This document shows, piece by piece, positions 39,374 through 51,744 of a DNA stretch of 64,000 nt (position 1 is the stretch's first letter; the number at the start of each line of letters is the position of its first letter). The position numbers and the translations under genes were made by a program. The DNA is taken from NCBI GenBank assembly GCA_016206785.1, contig JACQQV010000031.1:35860-99859 (forward strand), read 5' to 3'. This DNA comes from Candidatus Omnitrophota bacterium (GTDB lineage Bacteria > Omnitrophota > Gorgyraeia > JACQQV01). The notes under the pieces were generated by a model, which saw nothing but the letters and a program-made list of their open reading frames with translations, had not been told where the DNA came from and made no database searches.

Positions 39374-41208
39374 TACTCTACCGTGACACTCTTTGCCAAG
39401 TTTCTCGGCTGATCGACATTGCATCCGCTTTCAATCGCAAGATGGTAGGCCAGAAGCTGCAAGGGGACAACAACGAGGATTGGAGAAAAAAGTTCGCTCA
39501 CCTCAGGAATATAGAAAACATGGTCGGAATACTTGGCAATGGCGGGATCTCCTTTTGTCGCAACGGAAAGGATAATCCCCCTCCGCGCGCGCACCTCCTG
39601 AATATTCGACGCCATCTTGTCATACGTCTCGCTCCGGGGTGCGATGCAGACAACGGGAAGCTTCTCATTGATGAGCGCAATCGGCCCGTGCTTCATCTCC
39701 CCCGCCCCATACCCTTCTGCATGAATATAGGAAAGCTCTTTAAGTTTGAGCGCCCCTTCAAGGGCGCTCGGGAAATTGACCCCCCGCCCGAGAAAAAGGA
39801 AATTGGCCGCCGTGTGGTACCGTTTCCCACATTCCCTTGCCACCTCTTGAATGTGCCGGTCTTTGATCACCTCCTCCAATCTGCGGGGAAGTGAAGCGAG
39901 TTCCTTTAAATACGCTCTCTCCTCCTTGGCGCCCAAGGCCCCCCTCAACCGACCCAGGTAAACCGAGAGAAGATAAAGAGCGGTAAGTTGTGACGTATAC
40001 GCTTTCGTCGACGGAACCGCGATCTCGGGGCCGGCATGCGTATAAAGAACTGTGTCCGATTCCCGAGCGATCGTGCTCCCCACCACATTGCAGATCGAAA
40101 GGACCTTGGCCCCTTTTTCTTTCGCCTCCCGAAGACTCGCAAGGGTGTCTGCCGTTTCCCCCGATTGGGAAATCGGAATAGCCAACGTATCTTTTGCCAC
40201 GATCGGATGGCGATAACGGAATTCGCTTGAGATATCGACTTCCGAGGGAAGCTGGGCAACTCTCTCAAAAAGATACTTCCCGATAAGAGAGGCGTGCCAG
40301 GCGGTTCCGCAACTGAAAAAAATCACCCGTCGGATCCGTTTGAGCAAAGAGGAAGAAAGTTTTTTCTCAAAGGAGAGTGAAAGTTTTTCTTCCTCAAGCC
40401 GACCCGCCAGAGTCCGATGGATCGCCTGGGGTTGTTCATGAATCTCCTTAAGCATGTAATGAGGAAAGCCCCCTTTTTCCGCCAAGGAAACATTCCACTC
40501 GATCCGATGAAAATTTCTATGGACTGGCTTCCCCCGAAAATTCTGGATGGCAATGCGGTTCTTCCGTAAGGTGACGATTTCCCCATCATCCAGATAGAGG
40601 ACTTTCTTGGTATAGGTAAAAAAGGCGAGGACATCACTCGCAAGAAACTGTTCTCCTCCCCCAACGCCGACGACCAGGGGACTTCCTTTCCTCGCGCCGA
40701 GGATCTGGTCCGGATGGTTCTTATGGAGGACGACGATGGCATAGGTGCCCTCAATCTCCTTGAGCGCCCGGCGCACCGCCTGCACCAGATCCCCTTCGTC
40801 GTAACATTCGATCAAATGGCTAATGACTTCCGTATCGGTCTGCGAACGGAAGGTGTGCCCTTGTTGAATCAGTTGCGTCTTAAGGGTCCCGAAATTCTCA
40901 ACGATCCCGTTATGCACAACAGAGATTTTCCCGGAACAATCGAGATGGGGGTGAGCATTTTTTTCATTCGGGAGACCGTGTGTCGCCCAGCGGGTGTGGC
41001 CTATGCCGAGGAGCCCTTGAAGGGGATCGGAGCGGAGAGAGGCGTCCAGCACTGAAAGTTTCCCTTGGCGTTTTCTTAAGGACAGCTTCCCCCCCGAAAG
41101 GACCGCGATCCCTGCCGAGTCATACCCTCGGTATTCAAGGGTCTTGAGCCCCTTCAAAAGGACAGGCACCGCATCCCGCTTGCCGATATAGCCTACGATA
41201 CCGCACAC
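39373..41208 (-). CDS. glmS: Glutamine-fructose-6-phosphate aminotransferase (housekeeping)
   Basis: MCGIVG, YRGYDSAG, GHTRWATHG, SQSGETADT, PRNLAKSVTVE. Confidence 0.98.
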   Translation of the reverse strand: MCGIVGYIGKRDAVPVLLKGLKTLEYRGYDSAGIAVLSGGKLSLRKRQGKLSVLDASLRSDPLQGLLGIGHTRWATHGLPNEKNAHPHLDCSGKISVVHNGIVENFGTLKTQLIQQGHTFRSQTDTEVISHLIECYDEGDLVQAVRRALKEIEGTYAIVVLHKNHPDQILGARKGSPLVVGVGGGEQFLASDVLAFFTYTKKVLYLDDGEIVTLRKNRIAIQNFRGKPVHRNFHRIEWNVSLAEKGGFPHYMLKEIHEQPQAIHRTLAGRLEEEKLSLSFEKKLSSSLLKRIRRVIFFSCGTAWHASLIGKYLFERVAQLPSEVDISSEFRYRHPIVAKDTLAIPISQSGETADTLASLREAKEKGAKVLSICNVVGSTIARESDTVLYTHAGPEIAVPSTKAYTSQLTALYLLSVYLGRLRGALGAKEERAYLKELASLPRRLEEVIKDRHIQEVARECGKRYHTAANFLFLGRGVNFPSALEGALKLKELSYIHAEGYGAGEMKHGPIALINEKLPVVCIAPRSETYDKMASNIQEVRARRGIILSVATKGDPAIAKYSDHVFYIPEVSELFSPILVVVPLQLLAYHLAIESGCNVDQPRNLAKSVTVE

Positions 41209-41237
41209 TTTACACGTTTCACCTTTCGCTCAATTAT

Positions 41238-41312
41238 TGACCCCGACGGGATTCGAACCCGTGTCGAGAGCTCGAAAGGCTCTTGTCCTAGACCAGGCTA
41301 GACGACGGGGTC
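41238..41312 (-). tRNA. tRNA-Glu(TTC), CCA not encoded
   Basis: GACCCCG...AGAGC-CTTTCGA-GCTCT...TTCGAAT...CGGGGTC-A. Confidence 0.92.
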
Positions 41313-41319
41313 GTAAACA

Positions 41320-41394
41320 AAAAGACCTTGGACAAAAGACCCGAGACTACAGACCCTGAGGGTCTTTGGTCTTTAGTCTTTGGTCTGAGGTCTA
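41320..41394. repeat. Inverted heptamer tandem-repeat array (AGACnnn)n...(nnnGTCT)n
   Basis: AGACCTT GGACAAA AGACCCG AGACTAC AGACCC then GGTCTTT GGTCTTT AGTCTTT GGTCTGA GGTCT. Confidence 0.7.
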
Positions 41395-41402
41395 TAATTT
41401 TA

Positions 41403-43858
41403 TCAAACAGTCTCCTCTGCTTCCCCTTCAACCTTCGCGACGGAAGTCACCTTATCTTTGGGATCAAGGCGCATGATCCGGACACCGATGGCGCTTCGAC
41501 CGACGGTCCGGATGTCCTTCGTAGGGATCCGAACGATCATCCCGTTCTGAGTCATCACCATAATCTCATCGTCGTCCTCAACCGTCGTAAGACTCACGAC
41601 CTCCCCGTTTTTCTTGGTGGTTTTAATGTTGATGATCCCTTTCCCACCACGTCCCTGAGTGCGATATTGATCCAGACGGGTACGCTTGCCAAACCCCTGC
41701 TCGGTCACGGTGAGAAGTGTGGCCTTCGGTTCCGCGATCTCCATGCCGATGACCTCATCATGCTTTTCGAGCCGAATGCCGCGCACCCCTTTAGCCGACC
41801 GCCCCATATCCCGCACCTGTGTTGCTGCAAAACGGATCGCTTTCCCTTTCCGCGTCGCGAGAACAACCTCATCTTTCTTTGCGCCGATTTCCGCTTCGAC
41901 CAATTCATCCCCCTTCTCGAGGGTAATGGCGATAAGGCCCCCCTTCCGGGGGTTGCTGAAGGCGATGAGGGGTGTTTTCTTCAGGGTCCCCAGTTTCGTC
42001 ACCATCACGAGGGAGGTCTCTTCTGAAAATTCGCTTACCGGAATCATGGAGGTAATCGTTTCGTCTTTAACCTCAAGGACATTGACAATCGGTTTCCCCT
42101 TGGCGGTACGGCTCGCCTGAGGAATTTCATGCACTTTGAGCCAATAGAGCCGACCGCGATTCGTGAAGAAAAGGATATAGTCATGCGTCGAAGCGGTAAA
42201 GAGGTGCTCGATGAAATCCTCTTCCCTCGTCTGCGCCCCGGTTACCCCCTTCCCCCCCCGTCGCTGGCTCCGATAGGTATCCACAGGAAGCCGTTTGATG
42301 TAGCCCGCATGGCTTACCGTAATCACAACGTCTTCTTCCTGAATCAGGTCTTCAATGTCAAGATCGATCTCTTTGGCGACAATCTGCGTTCTTCGCTCGT
42401 CTCCATATTTCTCTTTCGCTTCTTTAAGTTCCTGCTTGATGATCTCGAGGACCTTCTTCTCGCTTTTCAAAATCGATTCGTAAAGCTCGATCTTTTTTAA
42501 GAGTTCCACATACTCCTGATCGATCTTCTCCCGTTCGAGACTCGTGAGGCGTTGGAGTTGAAGATCAAGGATCGCTTGGGCCTGTTCGGCGCTGAAATCG
42601 AACTTTTCCATGAGCGCCGTCTTCGCCGTCTGTGGGTCCTTCGATTTTTTGATCGTCTCGATCACCCGGTCAAGATTCGCAAGGGCCTTCTTAAGCCCCT
42701 CCAAAATATGGGCACGGGCCTGTGCCTTGTTGAGTTCAAAGGTGGTTCGACGGACAATGACTTCTTTCCGATGCCGGATGTATTCCTCGATCATCTGTTT
42801 GAGGTTTAAGACATGCGGGCGGTTATTCACCAGTGCGAGCATAATGACACCGAAGGTCGTCTGCATCTGGGTGTGTTCATACAGCTGGTTAAGGACGATC
42901 TGGGCGTTCGTATCCCGCTTCAGTTCCACGACGATCCGCATCCCCTCTTTGTCCGATTCATCCCGAAGGTCCGAAATCCCCTCAATCTTTTTATCCTGAA
43001 CCAATTTTGCGATCTGCTCAATTAAAGTGGTTTTATTCACCTGATACGGGATCTCGCTAAGAATAACCGCCTCGCGGCCGCCTTTGATCTCCTCGACGTC
43101 GGCCTTGGCATAGACCCGGACGTGGCCCCGCCCCGTGAGATAGGAAGATTCGATCCCTTTTTTCCCTCGAATGATCCCGCCCGTCGGGAAGTCGGGACCC
43201 TTGATGAAGGACATCAGTTCCTTCACAGAGATGTCGGGGTTATCAATCGCGGCGGTAATCCCATCCACCACTTCCCCCAAATGATGCGGGGGAATATTGG
43301 TGGCCATCCCGACCGCGATTCCGCTTGAACCATTCACCAAAAGATTGGGAAGGACGGAAGGGAGAACAACCGGTTCCTTGAGGGTGTCGTCGAAATTGGG
43401 GGTAAAGTCAACCGTCTCTTTATCGATATCGGCAAGCACCAGCTCCGAGATGGAGGCCATCCGCGCTTCGGTATACCGCATCGCAGCCGGCGCGTCTCCG
43501 TCGATGCTCCCGAAATTCCCCTGACCGTCCACGAGGGGATAACGCAGGGAGAAATCCTGCACCATCCGGACAAGGGTGTCGTAGACCGCCGTGTCCCCGT
43601 GGGGATGGTATTTCCCGAGCGTCTCGCCGACGATACGGGCCGATTTTTTGTACGCTTTGGTGTGTTCAAGCCCCAGCTCCCGCATCGCAAAAAGGATCCG
43701 ACGGTGTACCGGTTTAAGACCATCCCGCACATCCGGCAGGGCCCGACCGACGATGACACTCATCGCATAGGAAAGATAAGAGGCCTTCATTTCATCGTCG
43801 ATCCCGACCGGGATCACCCGCTCAACCGCTTTTGTTTCCTCTTTCTTTTTATCCGCCA

Positions 43859-43859
<1 letters not shown>
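41403..43859 (-). CDS. gyrA: DNA gyrase subunit A
   Basis: YHPHGD, AAMRYTE, GyrA-box QRRGGKG. Confidence 0.98.
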
Positions 43860-46638
<2,779 letters not shown>

Positions 46639-46642
46639 GGCC

Positions 46643-47740
46643 CTATGAAGAAATCTGCATCGGGAGAACAATGTAGATGTAATTGTCTTTGGTGCGAATC
46701 ACCCCCGGCTTTTCGGGTCCTTCCAACTCAAAGGCGACGTCCGCCTCCGAAATATTCTTAAGGCCATCGATGATGTAAGTTGGATTAAAGCCGATCGTAA
46801 GTTCCCTTCCCTTATACTCGGCCTCGATCTCCTCCCGCGCCTCACCCACCTCTGCGCTCGTCTTGGAAACCACCACCTTGTCCTTTAATAAATCGAGTTT
46901 GATGGATTGAGATTCTTGGGAGGTGAGAAGGCTCGCCCTTCGTGCGGCCTGGAGAAATTGTTCACGGTTTATCCGGATCTTCTCGCGACCCTCTTTGGGA
47001 ATCACCTGTTTATAATTGGGGAATTCGCCGTCGATGAGTCTTGAGATGATGGAGGTCTCCCCAAGGTCAAAGAGCACCTGGTTTTCTTTTTTGACAATCT
47101 TGATCTCCCCTTCTTCTTGGAGGAGACGATTGAGCTCATGAATGGTTTTGGTGGGGACGATCATCCCATAAGGCTGCTTCCAAATTGTCTCGAGCGCCTT
47201 TTCAATATAAGCGAGCCGGCGGCCATCCGTAGCAACGAGGGTTAGGGACCTCTCCCCTATTTCAAACAAGATCCCATTCAATACATACCGGGTTTCATCG
47301 TGAGACATGGCAAAGGAGGTCATCCGGAGCATGGTTCTGAGCGTTTCTTGGGGGAGTAAATATTTTAATTCGTTCTCAAACGTAGGAAATTTCGGAAAAT
47401 CATCTTTTGAGAGACCGGGGAGACGGAAGAAACATTTCCCGCACTCGATAGTAACCATGTTGTTCTTCTTGGTAGAAAGAACGCATTCCTCTTCCGGAAG
47501 CTCCTTAATGACGTCTCCAAATCTTTTTGCAGGAAGCGTAATGGCGCCCTCTTCCTCAATCTCTACGTCGATCTGTGTGGTAATTCCCACGTCCAAGTCG
47601 GTCCCAGCAAGATAAAGTTTCTTCTTCTGGGTTTCAAGAAGAATGTTTGAAAGAATGGGTAGGGCTGTTCGGGTTGAGATAATGTTTTGGACCGTTTGCA
47701 CCCCTTTCAGTAAAATGTCTTTTTCACATCGTATCTTCAT
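46643..47740 (-). CDS. dnaN: DNA polymerase III beta clamp
   Basis: PILSNIL, TDL, VATDGRRLA, SRLIDGEFPNY, VLPM. Confidence 0.97.
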   Translation of the reverse strand: MKIRCEKDILLKGVQTVQNIISTRTALPILSNILLETQKKKLYLAGTDLDVGITTQIDVEIEEEGAITLPAKRFGDVIKELPEEECVLSTKKNNMVTIECGKCFFRLPGLSKDDFPKFPTFENELKYLLPQETLRTMLRMTSFAMSHDETRYVLNGILFEIGERSLTLVATDGRRLAYIEKALETIWKQPYGMIVPTKTIHELNRLLQEEGEIKIVKKENQVLFDLGETSIISRLIDGEFPNYKQVIPKEGREKIRINREQFLQAARRASLLTSQESQSIKLDLLKDKVVVSKTSAEVGEAREEIEAEYKGRELTIGFNPTYIIDGLKNISEADVAFELEGPEKPGVIRTKDNYIYIVLPMQISS

Positions 47741-47863
47741 TCTTTCCTCTCTTTCTTTCTAAATAAAGAATCGAAGTAATAAAAGTAACTGTGTGAAGAT
47801 GGGGTATAACTTTCCAACCCCACTTCCTTTAAGCCTTAATCTCCAAGATGAGCTTGTGGATAA
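47741..47863. other. Putative oriC unwinding region (dnaA-dnaN spacer)
   Basis: Perfect DnaA box TGTGGATAA 47855-47863, degenerate boxes, and AT-rich trinucleotide run GAAGTAATAAAAGTAA resembling DnaA-trios. Confidence 0.55.
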
Positions 47864-49187
47864 GACTTCGAGTTGATTCGTTCTTTTCCATCTCCCCGCG
47901 AATACGACTATACGCATGGAGGACCGTGGTGTGGTCTCTTCCTCCAAAGAATTCCCCTATCTCCGGAAGAGAGTGCTCCGTCAGCTCACGCACTAAATAC
48001 ATCGCTACTTGCCTTGGATAAGCGATTGCCTTACTTCTCCGCTTAACCTTCATATCCTGCAAGCGGATATCAAAATAGGCCGCGACTTTCTTTTGTATAA
48101 GATCCACCGTAATCTTCTTCTCTTCCTCAAGCAGCATCTCCTTTAAAATATCCTTTGCCAGATCCAACGTGATCTCTTTTTCAAAGATTGAAGAATAAGC
48201 CACGACCCGCATCAAGGCCCCCTCCAACTCCCGGATGTTGGAGGTAACCTTTTCTGCAATGAATGTGGTGACTTCATCGGGGGCAGAAAGACGGTCAGTC
48301 TCACTTTTTTTCCTTAGAATGGCAATCCGGGTTTCAAGGTCGGGTTTCTGGATGTCGGTAATCAAACCCCACTCAAAACGGGACACGAGCCTTTCTTCCA
48401 ACCCCTGAATCTCTTTGGGAGATCGGTCGCTTGAGAGAACAATCTGTTTATGGGCGTCGTAGAGCGCATTGAACGTATGGAAGAACTCTTCTTGCGTCGC
48501 CTCTTTACCAGCAATAAAGTGAATGTCATCAATGAGAAGGACTTCCAAGTTTCGATACTTCTCTCGGAAGGCAAGGGTCGTCCGATTTTGGATGGCGGTA
48601 ATGAGCTGGTTGGTAAAGCGTTCGCTGGAGATATAGAGGATTTTTGCGTCTCGATTTTTCTTAAGAAGAAACTGTCCAATCGCCTGCATGAGATGCGTTT
48701 TCCCAAGCCCCACCCCCCCATAAATAAAGAGCGGATTATACGAACGGGCTGGGCTTTCAGCCACGGCCAAAGAAGCCGCGTGGGCAAAGCGGTTGCTCGG
48801 TCCCACTACGAAAGAGTCGAACGTATAGCGGGGGTTTAAATTTTCCCCCTTGCGAGGGGCCTCCATTTTCTTTTCCTCTACGATCAAGGCGTCTTTTCTT
48901 TCTTCGAGTTTCTCTTCGGAAACGACGACGCCCCCTCCCGCCTCCACCACGAACTGGACCTCCATTTCCTCAGAGCCAGCCTTCTCAATCACCTCTTTCA
49001 CGATGGGGCCATACTTATCCTCAATCCAGTCTTTACAAAACTTATTAGGGACCGCAACCGTAATCGCCCCTTCCCGAAGAGCGATTCCCCTTGTCCCATG
49101 GAACCACGTTTCGTAGCTACGAGGACCTAATTTGGACTTTAGGAGAGGCAAGGCCTCCTCCCAGATCTCCTGTGCCTTTTTTTGCAT
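47829..49187 (-). CDS. dnaA: Chromosomal replication initiator DnaA
   Basis: YNPLFIYGGVGLGKTHL, LLIDDI, RELEGA, GRDHTTV. Confidence 0.98.
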   Translation of the reverse strand: MQKKAQEIWEEALPLLKSKLGPRSYETWFHGTRGIALREGAITVAVPNKFCKDWIEDKYGPIVKEVIEKAGSEEMEVQFVVEAGGGVVVSEEKLEERKDALIVEEKKMEAPRKGENLNPRYTFDSFVVGPSNRFAHAASLAVAESPARSYNPLFIYGGVGLGKTHLMQAIGQFLLKKNRDAKILYISSERFTNQLITAIQNRTTLAFREKYRNLEVLLIDDIHFIAGKEATQEEFFHTFNALYDAHKQIVLSSDRSPKEIQGLEERLVSRFEWGLITDIQKPDLETRIAILRKKSETDRLSAPDEVTTFIAEKVTSNIRELEGALMRVVAYSSIFEKEITLDLAKDILKEMLLEEEKKITVDLIQKKVAAYFDIRLQDMKVKRRSKAIAYPRQVAMYLVRELTEHSLPEIGEFFGGRDHTTVLHAYSRIRGEMEKNESTRSLIHKLILEIKA

Positions 49188-49199
49188 ATTATCCTTCCA

Positions 49200-49330
49200 A
49201 TTCACAGATTATCCACAGCCGTTCCCCATCCTCGGGAGACAAAAATTCACCTTTCTTAACTTTTTGTCGTTAGGAGGAATTGTGTTCGGGATGGAGAGGT
49301 GATTAATTACTCACAAATTATCCACAAGAA
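49200..49330. promoter_or_regulatory. DnaA boxes upstream of dnaA (oriC / autoregulation)
   Basis: TTATCCACA at 49209-49217 and 49318-49326; TTACTCACA at 49307-49315. Confidence 0.8.
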
Positions 49331-49396
49331 GGATCCGGGGAGCTTTCCCCCCCTTCCCTTCTCTATGAAAGGTAAAAATTCCCGATGACGGAGCCT

Positions 49397-49479
49397 ATTA
49401 TAACAACGAGGCAGAGCCCTTTCAAGGAAATTTTTCAAAAAAGTTTTCTCTTGACGAAAAAAGAGAATCTCCCTATAAT
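49397..49479. promoter_or_regulatory. Divergent sigma70 promoters for dnaA (-) and rpmH (+)
   Basis: Minus TTGAAA-N17-TATAAT (49397-49425); plus TTGACG-N17-TATAAT (49451-49479). Confidence 0.7.
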
Positions 49480-49495
49480 TTGGTCACACTTCGCC

Positions 49496-49633
49496 ATGAA
49501 GAAACGACTGACGCGGAAATCCAACTTACGGAGAAAGAGAACTCATGGATTCCGCCGTCGCATGCGGAAACGGGGCGGCCGCCGCCTCTTTGCCCGACGG
49601 CGCCGGAAGGGCCGCCGGGTTCTTTCGCGGTGA
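49496..49633 (+). CDS. rpmH: 50S ribosomal protein L34
   Basis: RKRTHGFRRRM...GR...RRRKGR. Confidence 0.93.
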   Translation: MKKRLTRKSNLRRKRTHGFRRRMRKRGGRRLFARRRRKGRRVLSR

Positions 49634-49923
49634 AGGAAGAAACTCCCCCCTCCCACACTTCTCGAGGAGAATGGTTCGCCCTCTCTGCACACCCTCAGAA
49701 AAGAATGCAGGGCAGCATTAAAATTGCGGTTCCGCGGGCCCTCTTTCCACTCAGTACGGCGCGTAACCGTTTAAAACGGCAAATTCGTGAGGCGATCCGC
49801 CTCTCTCACCAAGAGAAGGGGAAAGATATTTTAATCGTTGTCAAGAAAAGGGGTGCACCCTCATTCGGCGCGATTCAAAAAGAGCTATGCGCGCACCTTA
49901 AAAATTTGGGAATCCTTCGGTGA
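49630..49923 (+). CDS. rnpA: Ribonuclease P protein component (short)
   Basis: RNRLKRQIRE (RNR motif); position between rpmH and yidD. Confidence 0.8.
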   Translation: MKEETPPSHTSRGEWFALSAHPQKRMQGSIKIAVPRALFPLSTARNRLKRQIREAIRLSHQEKGKDILIVVKKRGAPSFGAIQKELCAHLKNLGILR

Positions 49924-50135
49924 AATCTCTTATCCTTTGGCTCATTACACTTTATCAGAAAGGGATCTCCCCTTGTCTGCCCCGGAGATGCCGTTTTTAT
50001 CCTTCCTGCTCACAGTATGCCTGGATGGCGGTTCAGGCAAACGGGGTCTTTTGGGGGCTTCTTTACACATTCAAACGTCTATTACGCTGCCATCCCTTTT
50101 CAGACGGGGGAGCCGATCCTCCTCCCATCGGTTAA
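49920..50135 (+). CDS. yidD: Membrane protein insertion efficiency factor
   Basis: YQKGISP, CRFYPSCSQY, RCHPF. Confidence 0.93.
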   Translation: MKSLILWLITLYQKGISPCLPRRCRFYPSCSQYAWMAVQANGVFWGLLYTFKRLLRCHPFSDGGADPPPIG

Positions 50136-50153
50136 ACGCGCTAAGGAGCTCTT

Positions 50154-51725
50154 ATGGAAAGAAGATTCTTACTCGCTTTTGCCCTTTCTTTTGCCATCCT
50201 TTTAGGATACCCATATCTGATGGCGCGTCTTTACGGACCCCCTCCCAAACAAACACCCCTTTCGTCAATTTCACCACAAGAGAAACCTTTACAAGAGGTT
50301 GCAGAAAATGAAGCTATTGCTGTCCCCACCCTCTTTCTAGAAACCGACAAAGTTAAAGTTGGATTTCATCCGGCCGCCGGCTCCATTCAACAGGTCATTT
50401 TAAAGCAACATCTTGATGAAATCAAAGCAGAGCCTCTTGAATTGGTAAAAGTGGAGGATATAGAAGGTTTAATTGGCTCAATATGGATTGAGAATCCCAA
50501 ATTAGAACCAATTTTTTATGAGATAGTGGAGCATAGTGCTCAAAAAGTCAAATTTAGAGCGGAATTACCTGAGAAACTGGTTGTTGAGAAGGCCTATGAG
50601 GTAGACAATGAATCTTACACCCTCCATCTTTACCTAACCTTTAAAAATGAAACGACCTTTTCCCTTCCCCTTTATTACCGCCTCCTCGCCTCCTCCTCCC
50701 TAAAACTTCTTAAGAAAAAAGAGGAAGAGCGGTTCTTCGAAGTTCTCACTTCGGTTCAAGGCAAGAGGAAAAGAATTCATTTGAATCAGGTCAAAAAGGC
50801 CCCTTTCTCGTCGGAGGAGAAGCCGGGATGGGTTGCTTTAAAGGAAAAATATTTTAGCGCCATTCTGAAGCCGGAGACACCCTTCACTCGATATGGGGTC
50901 TTTGCGATCGATGAGAAAGAGAACATGGCCGTTTCGGTCTGGGCAGCCCCTCAAGACATCCCCCCAGGCGGGGAACTTCGAGCCCATTATCTATTTTACT
51001 TTGGGCCAAATGATCTCAGAGAACTACGAAAGGCAGGTCCGTGGGCAGAAGAAACGATCGATTATGGAATGTTCAACAGCCTTGCAAAATTTCTTGTCTG
51101 GGCTCTTACAGCCACTCAAGGGGTGGTGAGAAGTTATGGTCTTTCGATTATTCTCCTTACCTTTTTGATCTCGATATTGTTTCTGCCTCTTACAGGAATA
51201 AGTTATAACTCTATGAAAAGAATGAAGTTACTTCAACCAGAAGTGAATCAGATTCGCACTTTGTATAAGGGCAAACCGCAGAGACTGAATAAGGAACTCA
51301 TGGAGCTTTATAAGCGGCACAAAGTAAACCCCCTTGGGGGCTGTCTCCCAATGCTGATTCAGATGCCGATTTTTATCGCCTTTTATCAGGCGCTCGTCCA
51401 TTCGATCGAACTGAAAGGAGTTTCTTTTCTTTTCATCAAAGATCTCTCCCTCCCAGATCAGGCGATTCCTCTCCCTTTTCATGTTGGCCCTCTCGGGGAC
51501 GCGGTTAACCTTCTCCCGATTCTGATGGCGATCGCGATGTTTATCCAACAAAAAATGACCACCCCCATGGCCTCCTCGGCCTCTGAGGCTGAAACCCAGA
51601 AGATGATGGCTTTCATGCCGCTCCTTTTCGGCTTCATTTTTTACGGTCTCCCTTCCGGCCTTGTGCTCTACTGGCTTACGAACAATATCATCATGATTGT
51701 GAACCAGAAACTTATTTTCAAATAA
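50154..51725 (+). CDS. yidC: Membrane protein insertase YidC
   Basis: YFGP, IDYG, NPLGGCLPMLIQMPIF, PSGLVLYW. Confidence 0.96.
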   Translation: MERRFLLAFALSFAILLGYPYLMARLYGPPPKQTPLSSISPQEKPLQEVAENEAIAVPTLFLETDKVKVGFHPAAGSIQQVILKQHLDEIKAEPLELVKVEDIEGLIGSIWIENPKLEPIFYEIVEHSAQKVKFRAELPEKLVVEKAYEVDNESYTLHLYLTFKNETTFSLPLYYRLLASSSLKLLKKKEEERFFEVLTSVQGKRKRIHLNQVKKAPFSSEEKPGWVALKEKYFSAILKPETPFTRYGVFAIDEKENMAVSVWAAPQDIPPGGELRAHYLFYFGPNDLRELRKAGPWAEETIDYGMFNSLAKFLVWALTATQGVVRSYGLSIILLTFLISILFLPLTGISYNSMKRMKLLQPEVNQIRTLYKGKPQRLNKELMELYKRHKVNPLGGCLPMLIQMPIFIAFYQALVHSIELKGVSFLFIKDLSLPDQAIPLPFHVGPLGDAVNLLPILMAIAMFIQQKMTTPMASSASEAETQKMMAFMPLLFGFIFYGLPSGLVLYWLTNNIIMIVNQKLIFK

Positions 51726-51728
51726 CCC

Positions 51729-51744
51729 TGTTTCACGTGAAACA
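51729..51744. promoter_or_regulatory. parS site
   Basis: Perfect palindrome TGTTTCACGTGAAACA overlapping the mnmG start. Confidence 0.9.

Noticed and set aside
41320-41394. CRISPR array
   Set aside because: 7-nt tandem units without unique spacers; no cas genes or repeat-spacer arrays seen in the window.
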